Below, one piece after another: positions 19,936 to 29,904 of a stretch of DNA of 64,000 bases. The DNA is from Promethearchaeota archaeon (GTDB taxonomy: Archaea > Asgardarchaeota > Lokiarchaeia > Sigyniarchaeales > SOKP01). The notes under the pieces were generated by a model that was not told the origin of the DNA, did not search any database, and saw only the letters and a program-made list of their open reading frames with translations. How positions within the stretch are numbered: position 1 is the first letter of the stretch; the number at the start of each line of letters is the position of its first letter. Made by a program: the position numbers and the translations under genes. The stretch covers positions 32,001 to 96,000 of the forward strand of contig JAUVXW010000007.1 in assembly GCA_030603385.1 (NCBI GenBank), read 5' to 3'.

Positions 19936-20838
19936 ATGCCAACTGGCTGTTTTGTAGTATTACTCCCAACAGATTCAGATTATAAAATAATGGGGTATTA
20001 TTTTAAAGAAGGAAAATCGCAATTTGAAATAACCAATGATTTATTTCTAAGGTTAAATCTTGATCATTCAAAAAGCGATTACAATTTGTTAAAATTGAAA
20101 GAGGACCGAATTTTTTCTTATGTTTACAAATTAAAAGGAAAGTTGGCTAGAAAGGCTTCTGCAATTATAATAGGTTTGTTAATGACTGAAGAGGATGAAC
20201 CAGAAAAATTTCGTTCTTCTCTTAAAGAAGCAGTTGAAGCACTCGAGATGCCAAGTCTTAATATCTTAAGCAAATCCAAGGAAGAATTTGAATTTATATT
20301 AAAAGATATTTATTTTGAACATTTAGAACCATTGGTTGATATTCTTCAACCTGACGCGTTGAAGAATAACATTATAAATATAACTAAATTCATGTTAAGT
20401 GGTGGTAAAAAAGAAAGAAAGATCGCTCAAAACCTTTGGGAAAAAATTGAGAATGGTGAGCATATCAAAGTCTCTGATTTTTATAAATCAGCTGAAACTG
20501 CCATAAAATCTTTAGATTATGAAAAAGCCGCAAAATCATATAATAAAGCAGCGGAATTAGCTGAAGAATTATATATCATGGATATAGCAGCTTCATTAAA
20601 AGAGAAAGCAGAGTTCTCTCAAAAAATTCCAGAGTTATCAAAAGAAAGAGAAAAAATAGTACAAGAAGCACGTAATGCTTTAAGAAACGAGGATTTTCAT
20701 ACTGCTTATACTTCATACAGAAAAGCAGGTGAAATATCTAAAAAGCTAGTACAATTTGATAAAGAAGAGGAATTTAGGCTAAAATCTAAAGCTCTAGAAG
20801 ATTTTTATAAAATAGATCAGAAATATAAGAAAGAGTAA
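19936..20838 (+). CDS. Longin/uDENN-like N-terminus plus TPR-like helical C-terminus
   Basis: Beta/alpha N-terminal pattern; repeated A..Y.KA.E helices. Confidence 0.55.
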   Translation: MPTGCFVVLLPTDSDYKIMGYYFKEGKSQFEITNDLFLRLNLDHSKSDYNLLKLKEDRIFSYVYKLKGKLARKASAIIIGLLMTEEDEPEKFRSSLKEAVEALEMPSLNILSKSKEEFEFILKDIYFEHLEPLVDILQPDALKNNIINITKFMLSGGKKERKIAQNLWEKIENGEHIKVSDFYKSAETAIKSLDYEKAAKSYNKAAELAEELYIMDIAASLKEKAEFSQKIPELSKEREKIVQEARNALRNEDFHTAYTSYRKAGEISKKLVQFDKEEEFRLKSKALEDFYKIDQKYKKE

Positions 20839-20934
20839 TTTTCATAAATTTTTTCTATGAGAATTTCTTGATGTGTTCATAAAATAGCATTAAAAAGTTC
20901 TTCTAAGAAGAATTCATCCACCTTTTTTGAAATA

Positions 20935-21762
20935 ATGGAAAGAATAATTGGATTAATAACTGATTTTGGATCTAGAGGCCAGCATTATGTAGCTGCAATG
21001 AAAGCAGTTATTTTGAAAATTAATCCCCTTGTAAAGATAATTGATATCTCCCATGATATTTCTCCTTATTCAATAATTGAGGCATCTTATATATTAAAAA
21101 CTACATATAAACATTTTCCTAAAGGAAGTATTTTTATAACTGTGGTTGATCCCGGAGTTGGTGGTTCGAGAGAAATTTTAGCCTTGAAAACAAATTTAAA
21201 TTATTTTTTTATTGGCCCTAATAACGGAATTTTTCCAAATGTATTTGATATATCTGAAATATCAGAATGTATTAATATTCAAAATCAAGAATATTTTAAT
21301 CATCCTGTATCAACAACTTTCCATGGAAGAGATATCATGGCACCAATAGGAGCTTATATCACGAGATATCAGAACTTTCCTTTGAGTGATCTTGGCCCAA
21401 AATTTAATTTTAACAATATAATAAAAATAATAATAACTAATGAAATAGACTTAGAAAATAGAAGTATAATTAGTTCGATACAATATATAGATTCTTTCGG
21501 AAATGGAACAACAACTATCCAAATGGTTGGGAATAAAATTAAAGATTTAGATTTAGCCTTAGAAGATGGTACAAAAATCAGTTTAATTATTAATCAGGAT
21601 AATTATGAAGGGATATTCACTACTCATTTTTCAAGTGTACCTATTGATTCATTGTTATTTCTTGTTGGCTCCACAGGATTCCTTGAAATTTCAATTAACC
21701 AGGGAAATGCATCCAAAAAATTAGGTTTTAAATCAGGAGATATTATAACTATACAAGTATAA
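20935..21762 (+). CDS. SAM hydroxide adenosyltransferase (DUF62, chlorinase/fluorinase family)
   Basis: LITDFG, VVDPGVG, TFHGRDI, IDSFGN. Confidence 0.93.
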   Translation: MERIIGLITDFGSRGQHYVAAMKAVILKINPLVKIIDISHDISPYSIIEASYILKTTYKHFPKGSIFITVVDPGVGGSREILALKTNLNYFFIGPNNGIFPNVFDISEISECINIQNQEYFNHPVSTTFHGRDIMAPIGAYITRYQNFPLSDLGPKFNFNNIIKIIITNEIDLENRSIISSIQYIDSFGNGTTTIQMVGNKIKDLDLALEDGTKISLIINQDNYEGIFTTHFSSVPIDSLLFLVGSTGFLEISINQGNASKKLGFKSGDIITIQV

Positions 21763-21777
21763 GAGGAAAAATTAAAT

Positions 21778-22920
21778 ATGAATAATGAAATCCTGGCATG
21801 TATTGATGACGAAAATATAAAATATTTACAATCAGGCCAAATTTCTAAATATATATATCCTATTGAAAGAAAAGAAGCACATGAGAAAAAAATCAGTCAT
21901 CTGATTACTCGATTTTTTATAATATCAAAATCACCTGAAGGAGAAATCAACTATTTAGTTCAAAAAAGGAGTAAAAGTAAAAGTTCTTATCCTGGGTATT
22001 TTACAGATTCTTCTTCTGGACATATCCAATGGACAAGAAATTTAGATCTTGTTAATATTAAAAAAAATGCTCTGAGAGAACTAGAAGAAGAGTTTGGAAT
22101 TCCATCAAAAGCTATCCAAAAGGTTAGATTTTATGAGTTAGGTGATGAAGAAGATAATAAAACAAAAGAAATAGCTTACGTTTTTCTTGGATTAGTTGAT
22201 TATGAAATACCTTTAAATCCTGATCCTGAAGAGTTAGATATTGAACAAAGTAGATTCTATAATAAAATTGAACTGGTTAATTTATTAAAAAATGAGAAAT
22301 CAGTTGATCATAGCAGAAAAATCTGGAGAATAATCTTAAATACTGATATTGACTCTCTTTTTGAAAAAAAATTGGGCTTGAAAAGAACTTCTAGTAATGG
22401 CACTGCTTTATTTATAGGAAGATTTCAACCATTACATCATGGACATATATACGTCCTTCGGAATATTTTAAAATCATATAAAAAAATAAAAATTGGAATA
22501 GGTAGCTCTCAATTATCAAATAAAATTAATGATCCATTTACAAGTACGGAAAGAGAAGAATTCTTAAAAGCTATTTTCAAGAAAAGAAATATCTCCCCTA
22601 AAAGATACGAGGTTTATCATATACCAGATATTTTTAACGCGAAGAAATGGGTAGATCATGTAGTTTCCATTGTTGGTGAATTCAATGCTCTTTTCTCAAA
22701 TAGCGATTGGATAAGAGCATTATTTCAAAATAAGGGTTTTAAAGTAGAGAAGAAAATCGCAATTTTTAAAAATAAATTCAATGCTAGTAATATTAGACGC
22801 TTAATCATTAAAAATAATAGATCTTGGAAACTATTAGTACCAAAAGAAGTTATAGAATTAATTGAAGAGTTTGATGGAATTAATCGTTTGAAATCTCTTA
22901 ATACCGCTGATAATTTATGA
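21778..22920 (+). CDS. Nudix-NMN adenylyltransferase fusion
   Basis: N-terminal ALRELEEEFG; C-terminal FIGRFQPLHHGH and NASNIR. Confidence 0.88.
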   Translation: MNNEILACIDDENIKYLQSGQISKYIYPIERKEAHEKKISHLITRFFIISKSPEGEINYLVQKRSKSKSSYPGYFTDSSSGHIQWTRNLDLVNIKKNALRELEEEFGIPSKAIQKVRFYELGDEEDNKTKEIAYVFLGLVDYEIPLNPDPEELDIEQSRFYNKIELVNLLKNEKSVDHSRKIWRIILNTDIDSLFEKKLGLKRTSSNGTALFIGRFQPLHHGHIYVLRNILKSYKKIKIGIGSSQLSNKINDPFTSTEREEFLKAIFKKRNISPKRYEVYHIPDIFNAKKWVDHVVSIVGEFNALFSNSDWIRALFQNKGFKVEKKIAIFKNKFNASNIRRLIIKNNRSWKLLVPKEVIELIEEFDGINRLKSLNTADNL

Positions 22921-23990
22921 AAACAGGAAAAATTGTAGAAATTGACGGTTCTTTTGGAGAAGGAGGAGGTGCTATACTCAGATTAGCAGCAGGATTCTCT
23001 CATTTATTTAACATTCCTATAAAGATAAGAAATATTCGTGCTAATCGTCCCAAGCCAGGATTAAGAACACAGCATTTACGGGGTCTAAAAATAATAACAG
23101 AATTAACAAAAAGCAGATTAAGTGATTGTAAAATAGGGACTGAAGAACTTACTTTTATCCCAAATCCTAAACGAGAAATAGGTAATTATCTTCATGTAGA
23201 TATTAGTACTGCTGCAAGTCTTGGATTATTATTGCAGCCAATTCAAATAGCAAGTCTGGGTTTTAAAAATAGAGAGAAGATCGAGATTTCTCTCTCAGGG
23301 GGTGGTACTTTTGGTAAGTGGGCTCCAAGTCTTAATTATCTTCAAGAAGTTACGTATAAGATTTTCAAAAATTCGGGATTAAATATTGAACTTGAAATCC
23401 AAAAACAAGGTTTTTATCCCAAAGGTGGAGCTCGAATAATATGTGATATATTTCCTTTAAAAACAATGCTAAATCCAATTAATTTGACTGAGTTAGGAAA
23501 CATCGATTTAATTCAAGGAGAAATTATTATTACTAAACAACTAATGCGAAGCAGAGACAATATTGGAACAAGAATAAAAAAATCTATCCAGCAACAAATA
23601 AAAAGAGATTTAAAAGTTGAGACTGATATAAAATTTATTTGTGTGGATTCAACAAGTCCAGGAGTAGGCCTTTCTTTATGGGCTCATTCAGATACGGGAG
23701 CAATTATTTCTACAGGAACAATATTAGGAGAAAGAAAAATAAGATCTGAAGATTTAGGAAAAATAGCTGCTAATGAAATAATTAAATATGTTAAAAATGA
23801 TATCCCCGTTGACAATTATTTAAGTGACCAATTAATTCCATTAATGGCTTATGTTAAGAAACCTTCAAGAATCAAAATACACCAAATAACAAGCCACACA
23901 CAAACTAATCTGGAATTAGTTAAATTATTTACACAACGTGATTATCGTATTACAAAAGAAAATAATAGTTTTATCTTAGAATACCCTTGA
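22917..23990 (+). CDS. rtcA: RNA 3'-terminal phosphate cyclase
   Basis: DGSFGEGGGAILR, IRANRPKPGLRTQH, GFYPKGG, DQLIP. Confidence 0.92.
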   Translation: MKTGKIVEIDGSFGEGGGAILRLAAGFSHLFNIPIKIRNIRANRPKPGLRTQHLRGLKIITELTKSRLSDCKIGTEELTFIPNPKREIGNYLHVDISTAASLGLLLQPIQIASLGFKNREKIEISLSGGGTFGKWAPSLNYLQEVTYKIFKNSGLNIELEIQKQGFYPKGGARIICDIFPLKTMLNPINLTELGNIDLIQGEIIITKQLMRSRDNIGTRIKKSIQQQIKRDLKVETDIKFICVDSTSPGVGLSLWAHSDTGAIISTGTILGERKIRSEDLGKIAANEIIKYVKNDIPVDNYLSDQLIPLMAYVKKPSRIKIHQITSHTQTNLELVKLFTQRDYRITKENNSFILEYP

Positions 23991-24158
23991 GAAATTGATA
24001 TTGTTCAAATTCTTATTATGATAGAGTAATAAATAGATAAGAACCAATAAATATACACAGTATTGAATACGGATATAATAAAAATTTAAAAGAAATTTTT
24101 ATAAGATTAATTTATTATATGTTTATTATAAAAAATTTTAGGATGCTGTGAAAATTTT

Positions 24159-25082
24159 TTGTCTCAAGTCGCTTCATTCCAACGTTGTCCTAGATGTGGA
24201 AATGAGAATACTGCTGATAGTTTTGCCTGCAACTTCTGTGGTTTTCGTCTAAAAGTTGAGAAGATTGAAACTGTACGCTTTTTTAGAAGATACGAAGCAG
24301 AATGGGTAAATCCATATCCATGGTATTTGAAAATCCTTTATCTCTTTATTTCTGCTAACAAAGCTTTCTGGGACATCAACCACAAAAGAAGTAAGGCTCC
24401 AGGTTGGCTGATTTTATTGTTTAGTTCTTTACTCTATGGACTTATGGGCTTAGCGTTTTTTTCTCATTTTAATTTTGCTGGAATTGATACTTATTCTTTA
24501 ACCCGATTGTTATATAATTTGATCTTCTTTGCTACCTTTTTCATTTTTGGATTCATAACTCAGTTGATCTTCTTTGCGATTTTGATTTGGTTATTTACAA
24601 AAGGAGCGAATGTTGCAGTCGGATTCACTCAAAGATTAGAAACACGCTTTGGAGGGTTAAAAGAAACCCAAGAGAAATATAAAGAAGCAGAGATAAGCCC
24701 GTTTAGTATTTATAAGGGTGGTACTATGCTACAATTAGAAGGTGCTTATAAATTTAGAATGATGTTATGTGCTTTTACCCCATTCTTACTTATTAATGCA
24801 ATTAAAGTTCTCATTGTTCTCGTTGGCTTCCCAAATGTAAGTACTTCTACTGCACTTCCATTTGATGATACTATATTTAACCAAATGTTTGCGTCTGGAA
24901 CTTGGGCAGTTTTAGATGTGATTGATGCTTTAACTATCGCTATTTGGGTACCCATTTTGATAACTTTATCTATTAGAGAACTAAGTAATTCTTCTACCAC
25001 TCGTGTATTAATTCCAACTATTATAATTGGTGTTCTTGTAGCAATATTGTACTATTTCTTACGTCCAACGTTATTAGGTTAA
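24159..25082 (+). CDS. Zinc-ribbon Yip1-like multipass membrane protein
   Basis: CPRCG/CNFCG followed by about five TM helices in a Yip1-like layout. Confidence 0.6.
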   Translation: MSQVASFQRCPRCGNENTADSFACNFCGFRLKVEKIETVRFFRRYEAEWVNPYPWYLKILYLFISANKAFWDINHKRSKAPGWLILLFSSLLYGLMGLAFFSHFNFAGIDTYSLTRLLYNLIFFATFFIFGFITQLIFFAILIWLFTKGANVAVGFTQRLETRFGGLKETQEKYKEAEISPFSIYKGGTMLQLEGAYKFRMMLCAFTPFLLINAIKVLIVLVGFPNVSTSTALPFDDTIFNQMFASGTWAVLDVIDALTIAIWVPILITLSIRELSNSSTTRVLIPTIIIGVLVAILYYFLRPTLLG

Positions 25083-25134
25083 GGTTTTTAGCTAATATTC
25101 AAAAATTTAAAAAGCTCCATTCGAAATAATTAAA

Positions 25135-25791
25135 ATGGTAGAAGAAAACAATTTTAGTTTAGAAGAAGAATCTGATTTTGAATCTGAATTATATGCTTTA
25201 GTTAATACCATTCTAAATGCATATGAAAAATATAAAAATGGAGCCATAAAAGAATACTTTTTCCATAAAAAAGTCAAAAATACAATTAACGAATTATTAA
25301 AATTTAATATTTATTTAGACGAAAATGATATTAATCTTTCTGTACTCCTTAAGAAAATGAATTTTACTAACCAATACTTTACTACAATTGATATCATTAA
25401 TCAAATGTCAGCATTAGAATTCCCTAACACCTTCTCTGAAAGATATGGAAAAGAACAATCTCGATCTTCCAAAGATTTGAGTTCAACAGTATTAGAACTC
25501 CCAGCGATTACTTTAGAAATAACATCAACCTTTATTACGTTAATGGATGCTTTGAAGCTAAAAGGCTTTCAAGAGATTGAACTTGTAGATAATTTATTTA
25601 AAGATCTAAATAAGAGTTTAAAAAAATTTCCTGGAATGGACAATCTTCTCACAAAAGTTAAAAGAATACACAAACGCACTTTAACAAAATCTCATAACAT
25701 AGATAAAGCTAAAAGATTGATCGAGGAAATTGTAGATGAAATATATCAAATCTTCATAGAATTCCAAAACAAATTAAATCTAAAAGCCTAA
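25135..25791 (+). CDS. Vps28-like ESCRT-I protein
   Basis: ELYALVNTI..AYEK N-terminal motif and hallmark FITLMDALKL...L.KDL. Confidence 0.8.
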   Translation: MVEENNFSLEEESDFESELYALVNTILNAYEKYKNGAIKEYFFHKKVKNTINELLKFNIYLDENDINLSVLLKKMNFTNQYFTTIDIINQMSALEFPNTFSERYGKEQSRSSKDLSSTVLELPAITLEITSTFITLMDALKLKGFQEIELVDNLFKDLNKSLKKFPGMDNLLTKVKRIHKRTLTKSHNIDKAKRLIEEIVDEIYQIFIEFQNKLNLKA

Positions 25792-25883
25792 TTAAAACAA
25801 TAAAATTAATATTCTTTCTATACTTTAAAATTATATTAGCTTTATTAGTATCGCTTTAAAACTAAACATATAAGGTAATTATT

Positions 25884-26153
25884 ATTCCACGTCCAGGATT
25901 AAGATCCAAAGCTCAAGCTAGGAAGAAGGTAAGAACGCCAGGAAATAGAAATGTTTCCCATTATTGGAGAAGAAAACCTAAAAGAGCACACTGTGCCATT
26001 TGTAAAAGACCTATCCAATCTATTCCACGATTACGACCCTCTGAAATGAGAAAGACAGATAAAACTGCTAGAAGAGCAAATAGAATTGAAAGTGGAAGGT
26101 ATTGCGCTAAATGCCTTCAAACAATGATAAAAGAGGCAGTTTGGAACCAATAA
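25884..26153 (+). CDS. rpl34e: Ribosomal protein eL34 (L34e), ATT start (missed by ORF track)
   Basis: PRPGLRS...VRTPG...HCAICKRP...RYCAKCL; sits upstream of cmk-rpl14e as expected. Confidence 0.93.
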   Translation: MPRPGLRSKAQARKKVRTPGNRNVSHYWRRKPKRAHCAICKRPIQSIPRLRPSEMRKTDKTARRANRIESGRYCAKCLQTMIKEAVWNQ

Positions 26154-26245
26154 TCTTTTTTTCATTTGATCACATTCTTTTATTTAGTTACTAAAATTTC
26201 ATTAATTGATTTGAAATATTATCAATCCCCTAATTTAAAATAATA

Positions 26246-26779
26246 ATGATTTTAACAATATCTGGACTTCATGGAACTGGAAAAAGTACAATAGGAAAAC
26301 TAGTTGCTGAAAAATTAGGAATCAAGTATTATAGCACAGGAGAAGCTTTTAGAGATCTTGCAAAAGAAATGAATTTAACCTTGGAAGAGTTCACAGAATA
26401 TGTAGAAAACAATCCTAACATCGATAAAAAATTAGATCATAAAATAATTGAAATCGCACAAAAAGGGGATATAATTATTGACGGTCAACTAAGTGCTCAC
26501 TTTCTTGAATCAGTTACGAACTTTAAAATATTATTAATCTGTCCATTAGAGATACGAGTTGAGAGAATGGCTGAAAGGGATAATACATCCTATAATAAAA
26601 AATTGAAAGAAACGATAATGAGAGAAGATTCTGAATTAAATCGATATAAAAAACTCTACAATATTGATCTAAAAGATGAAGAGAAAATAGCAAAACTCTA
26701 TGACTTGATTATAGATACCGAAAACTTGACTGTTGATGAAGTTTTTGAACAAATTCTTACTGCAGTAAAAAAATTATAA
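26246..26779 (+). CDS. cmk: Cytidylate kinase (archaeal)
   Basis: ISGLHGTGKST, TGEAFR; conserved L34e-cmk-L14e context. Confidence 0.92.
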   Translation: MILTISGLHGTGKSTIGKLVAEKLGIKYYSTGEAFRDLAKEMNLTLEEFTEYVENNPNIDKKLDHKIIEIAQKGDIIIDGQLSAHFLESVTNFKILLICPLEIRVERMAERDNTSYNKKLKETIMREDSELNRYKKLYNIDLKDEEKIAKLYDLIIDTENLTVDEVFEQILTAVKKL

Positions 26780-26910
26780 TTTGGTTTAGATATCCCAAAA
26801 ATCAAAAATAATTTATTCTTGTATAAATTTACTAACTTACTAAAAAATGTAATAATTTACTGGAAGTATCAAATACCAGTAATCATAAAAGTAGTTTGGT
26901 GACAAATTAT

Positions 26911-27183
26911 ATGAGTGTTTATGATATAGGACGACTCTGCGTCAAGACTATGGGAAGAGAAACAGGCCATTATTGTATTATTGTTGACGTCATTGATAAA
27001 AATTATTTATTAATTGATGGCTTAAAAGTTAAAAGAAGAAGAGTTAATTTCAGGCATATTGAACCATTAGCAGAAACTATTGAAATCAAAAAAGGAGCTA
27101 AACATGAAGACGTCGAAGCTGCCATTAAAAAAGCTAAATTAGAAAAAAAGATGAATGAAGCTGTTTCTATTCCTATTAAATGA
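26911..27183 (+). CDS. rpl14e: Ribosomal protein eL14 (L14e)
   Basis: IGRLCVKTMGRETG..C.IVDVID, RRRVN..HIEP. Confidence 0.95.
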   Translation: MSVYDIGRLCVKTMGRETGHYCIIVDVIDKNYLLIDGLKVKRRRVNFRHIEPLAETIEIKKGAKHEDVEAAIKKAKLEKKMNEAVSIPIK

Positions 27184-27409
27184 ATTATTCCCTTTTTTTT
27201 AGATTAATAATTAATTTTATTACTTTTTTTTGGATTAGTAAATTTTTCAATTAGTCTTTTTCCAATTCTTTACCTACAATTCCATAGTTGATTTAAAGCT
27301 TGTTCTAAGCAATATTATTCTTTCTAATCAAGTTTTTTTGAAGAATTATTTGAACATTCATCTTTATTTATATAGAAATAATGACTAATTTATCTTAGAG
27401 AACCATTAT

Positions 27410-28927
27410 ATGATAGAGTATGAAATTAACGAGTTCCTCGCTCTAAAGTTGGAGGAGGGTAAAACTCAAATTTATGTTAATGGTAAGAAATTTCTTCAGT
27501 GTACAAGGTTAGCTATAACCATTCCGAAACAAAGCATTCCGATATATAATAGTATCGATTCTATAGATGAGGCTGCCGATTTGTATCAAAAACATTTATA
27601 TCAAAATAAAATAGTGGAGGGGCCTAATGCACGAGTCTTACGTGATGAAGTTCATGATATAACTCCCGAGCAAGAATTTTGGGGGCATTGTTCCAACTTA
27701 CAAGCGTGGTACGAACATAATTATGATACTCGACTGCTACATAGTAACATAGCATTTCACTTATTAAAAGCATTGGTTGATGCGGGGGACCCTGATGCAA
27801 AAAGAGTCTTCAAAACAGAGATTGCAGACCGTTTCGAAAGTGGTTATCCAAACACGATTATATCTATCTTTGCAGCAAGATTAATAGATTATTTTAGTCC
27901 AGAAGAAAAAAAGCAATTAATCCAATACAATTTTCCTGTTATTTTAAAGTATATAGAAAAAATATCGAAGCATTATCTAAACATGTTTCCATATATCTTT
28001 GAGGAAAAATTATTAGATTATTTAAATTCAGAAGAAAAAACACAATTAATGCAACTAAATTATCCTGTTATCTTAAAATATATACAAAAAATATCGCGAT
28101 CGAGGTATTATCCCAAAGCGATTCGATATGTCTTTGAGGAAATATTATTCGATCATTTACGTCCAGAAGAAATAAATCAATTAATCAAACACAATTTTCC
28201 TCTTATCTTAAGGGATATAGAAAAAATAGGGAAGCATTACCCAAATATGTTTTTATATCTTTTTGAGGAAAGATTGCTACATTATTTAAGTGAAGTAGAA
28301 AAACTAGTCTTAGTCCAAAAGAATTATCCTATTATCTTAAAATATTTAATAAATTTGAAGTATTATCCCGACAAGTTTATCTATATCTTTGATGCAGGAA
28401 TCTTAGATTATTTGCATCCAGAAGATAAAAGCCAATTAATCCAACAGAATTATCTTATTATCTTTAAAAATATACAAAAAATATTGAAACCAGAGATTGC
28501 GGAAGAACTCCCTGTTCTGTTTTATCCAAAAAGGTTAGTAGATATCTTTGAGGAAAGGTTATTTGATTACTTAAACCCAGAAGAAAAAAAGCAATTAATC
28601 CAACAGAATTTTCCCGTTCTCTTAATTTACATACGAATAATATCGGAACAGTATAATTTTGAGCAGCAGAGGCCAGAATCTGAAGTCAAAATTTCAGATA
28701 AAACCCTTTCTTACATATATATAACCGTAATTAATGCGATAAAAGGAACAAAATTAATAGATGATTTTTTTAATGCCCTTGCTGATCTTTTATACCTTGG
28801 TTCTAAAATATTTATTGCTATGTTAGGGGCGATAGGTTCAATTAAAACTTCAAAAAGTAACTGGCGCGACGTGTTCTCTGCTTTCAGGAACGTTCTCGCG
28901 GAAGAGAGAAAGAAAATTGAAGAATGA
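27410..28927 (+). CDS. Lokiarchaeia-type N-terminal domain protein with six ~43-aa helical repeats
   Basis: EFWGHCSNLQAWYEHNYDTRLLHSN motif; repeats L.DYL.PEEK.QL.Q.NFP.ILKYI. Confidence 0.8.
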   Translation: MIEYEINEFLALKLEEGKTQIYVNGKKFLQCTRLAITIPKQSIPIYNSIDSIDEAADLYQKHLYQNKIVEGPNARVLRDEVHDITPEQEFWGHCSNLQAWYEHNYDTRLLHSNIAFHLLKALVDAGDPDAKRVFKTEIADRFESGYPNTIISIFAARLIDYFSPEEKKQLIQYNFPVILKYIEKISKHYLNMFPYIFEEKLLDYLNSEEKTQLMQLNYPVILKYIQKISRSRYYPKAIRYVFEEILFDHLRPEEINQLIKHNFPLILRDIEKIGKHYPNMFLYLFEERLLHYLSEVEKLVLVQKNYPIILKYLINLKYYPDKFIYIFDAGILDYLHPEDKSQLIQQNYLIIFKNIQKILKPEIAEELPVLFYPKRLVDIFEERLFDYLNPEEKKQLIQQNFPVLLIYIRIISEQYNFEQQRPESEVKISDKTLSYIYITVINAIKGTKLIDDFFNALADLLYLGSKIFIAMLGAIGSIKTSKSNWRDVFSAFRNVLAEERKKIEE

Positions 28928-28993
28928 AAGCAAAAAGAAAATAAGAGAGCAACTAAAAAATCAAATTTAAAAAAGAAATATTTTAAAAAAGAA

Positions 28994-29518
28994 ATGTGGA
29001 AAAGACTAACGAACCGAACGCATAAACAAGTTCTTCCATCGTATTATGAAAAAACACTAAATCAAAATACAAACATACATATACAATTTAATCCTTTGAA
29101 AAAACAAGAGATTCCAACTCCAATGGAAATAAATTATTATTATCCAATGGAAATAGATTATACTTATTATTTTTCACTTAGAACGGGGAAGAAAGAATGG
29201 ATTGATTATTTCGGTATTATAATGAGAAAAAATCAACAAATATATTCAAATATTGAGCAAATGTATTTAGAAGATCAGAATAAGTTAGATAGGATAGCAG
29301 AAAGCTTTGTTTCAGGTACTCTCCATGAAAAACTTTCTCAAATTTATAGTCCTTATTTAAAAAAATATGATAGTTTTCAAAAACAGTGGATTCCTGCACA
29401 AGTTTATTCTCGTGAAGAAGATGATATAACATATATCATTATTGGTAAATTTCATTCAACAGGACATGCAAAGTTGATCTTGAATAAAATGGAGGTATTT
29501 ATGGAAAATTTTCCATAA
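28994..29518 (+). CDS. Hypothetical protein
   Basis: 174-aa ORF with no recognised motif. Confidence 0.55.
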   Translation: MWKRLTNRTHKQVLPSYYEKTLNQNTNIHIQFNPLKKQEIPTPMEINYYYPMEIDYTYYFSLRTGKKEWIDYFGIIMRKNQQIYSNIEQMYLEDQNKLDRIAESFVSGTLHEKLSQIYSPYLKKYDSFQKQWIPAQVYSREEDDITYIIIGKFHSTGHAKLILNKMEVFMENFP

Positions 29519-29700
29519 ATCTAGAAATTATTTTTATCTCTTTTTTATTAATTTATTATTTTATACGTTTTTATAAATTCATTTTAGCATTCTATTGCTA
29601 TCTATAATAAAGTATTAAAATTTTAGATCGTTATATTAAGAATATAATAGAATGAGTTAGTACCATATTTTTTCTTTTCCAGAATTGACCGAAATGCTCT

Positions 29701-29801
29701 GCAGACATTGCCTAGCCTGGTACGGCGCTGGCCTGGAACGGAAATATTCCAAGAAAGCCAGTGTGTGAATGCATTCGAGGGTTCGAATCCCTCTGTCTGC
29801 G
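29701..29801 (+). tRNA. tRNA-Ser(GGA) with a 17-nt intron at 37/38 (about 29739-29755)
   Basis: Acceptor GCAGACA/TGTCTGC+G, CTGGC-CT GGA A[intron]A-GCCAG, long variable arm, GAGGG-TTCGAAT-CCCTC. Confidence 0.93.
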
Positions 29802-29904
29802 TTTCTTCATTTTTATGACATACAAAACAATAAAGTTAAACTTTTTCGTAAATTAACTTCAATCAGTTTCGAATTTATTCTCTGAGTTTCATTTTAGAAA
29901 ATAA

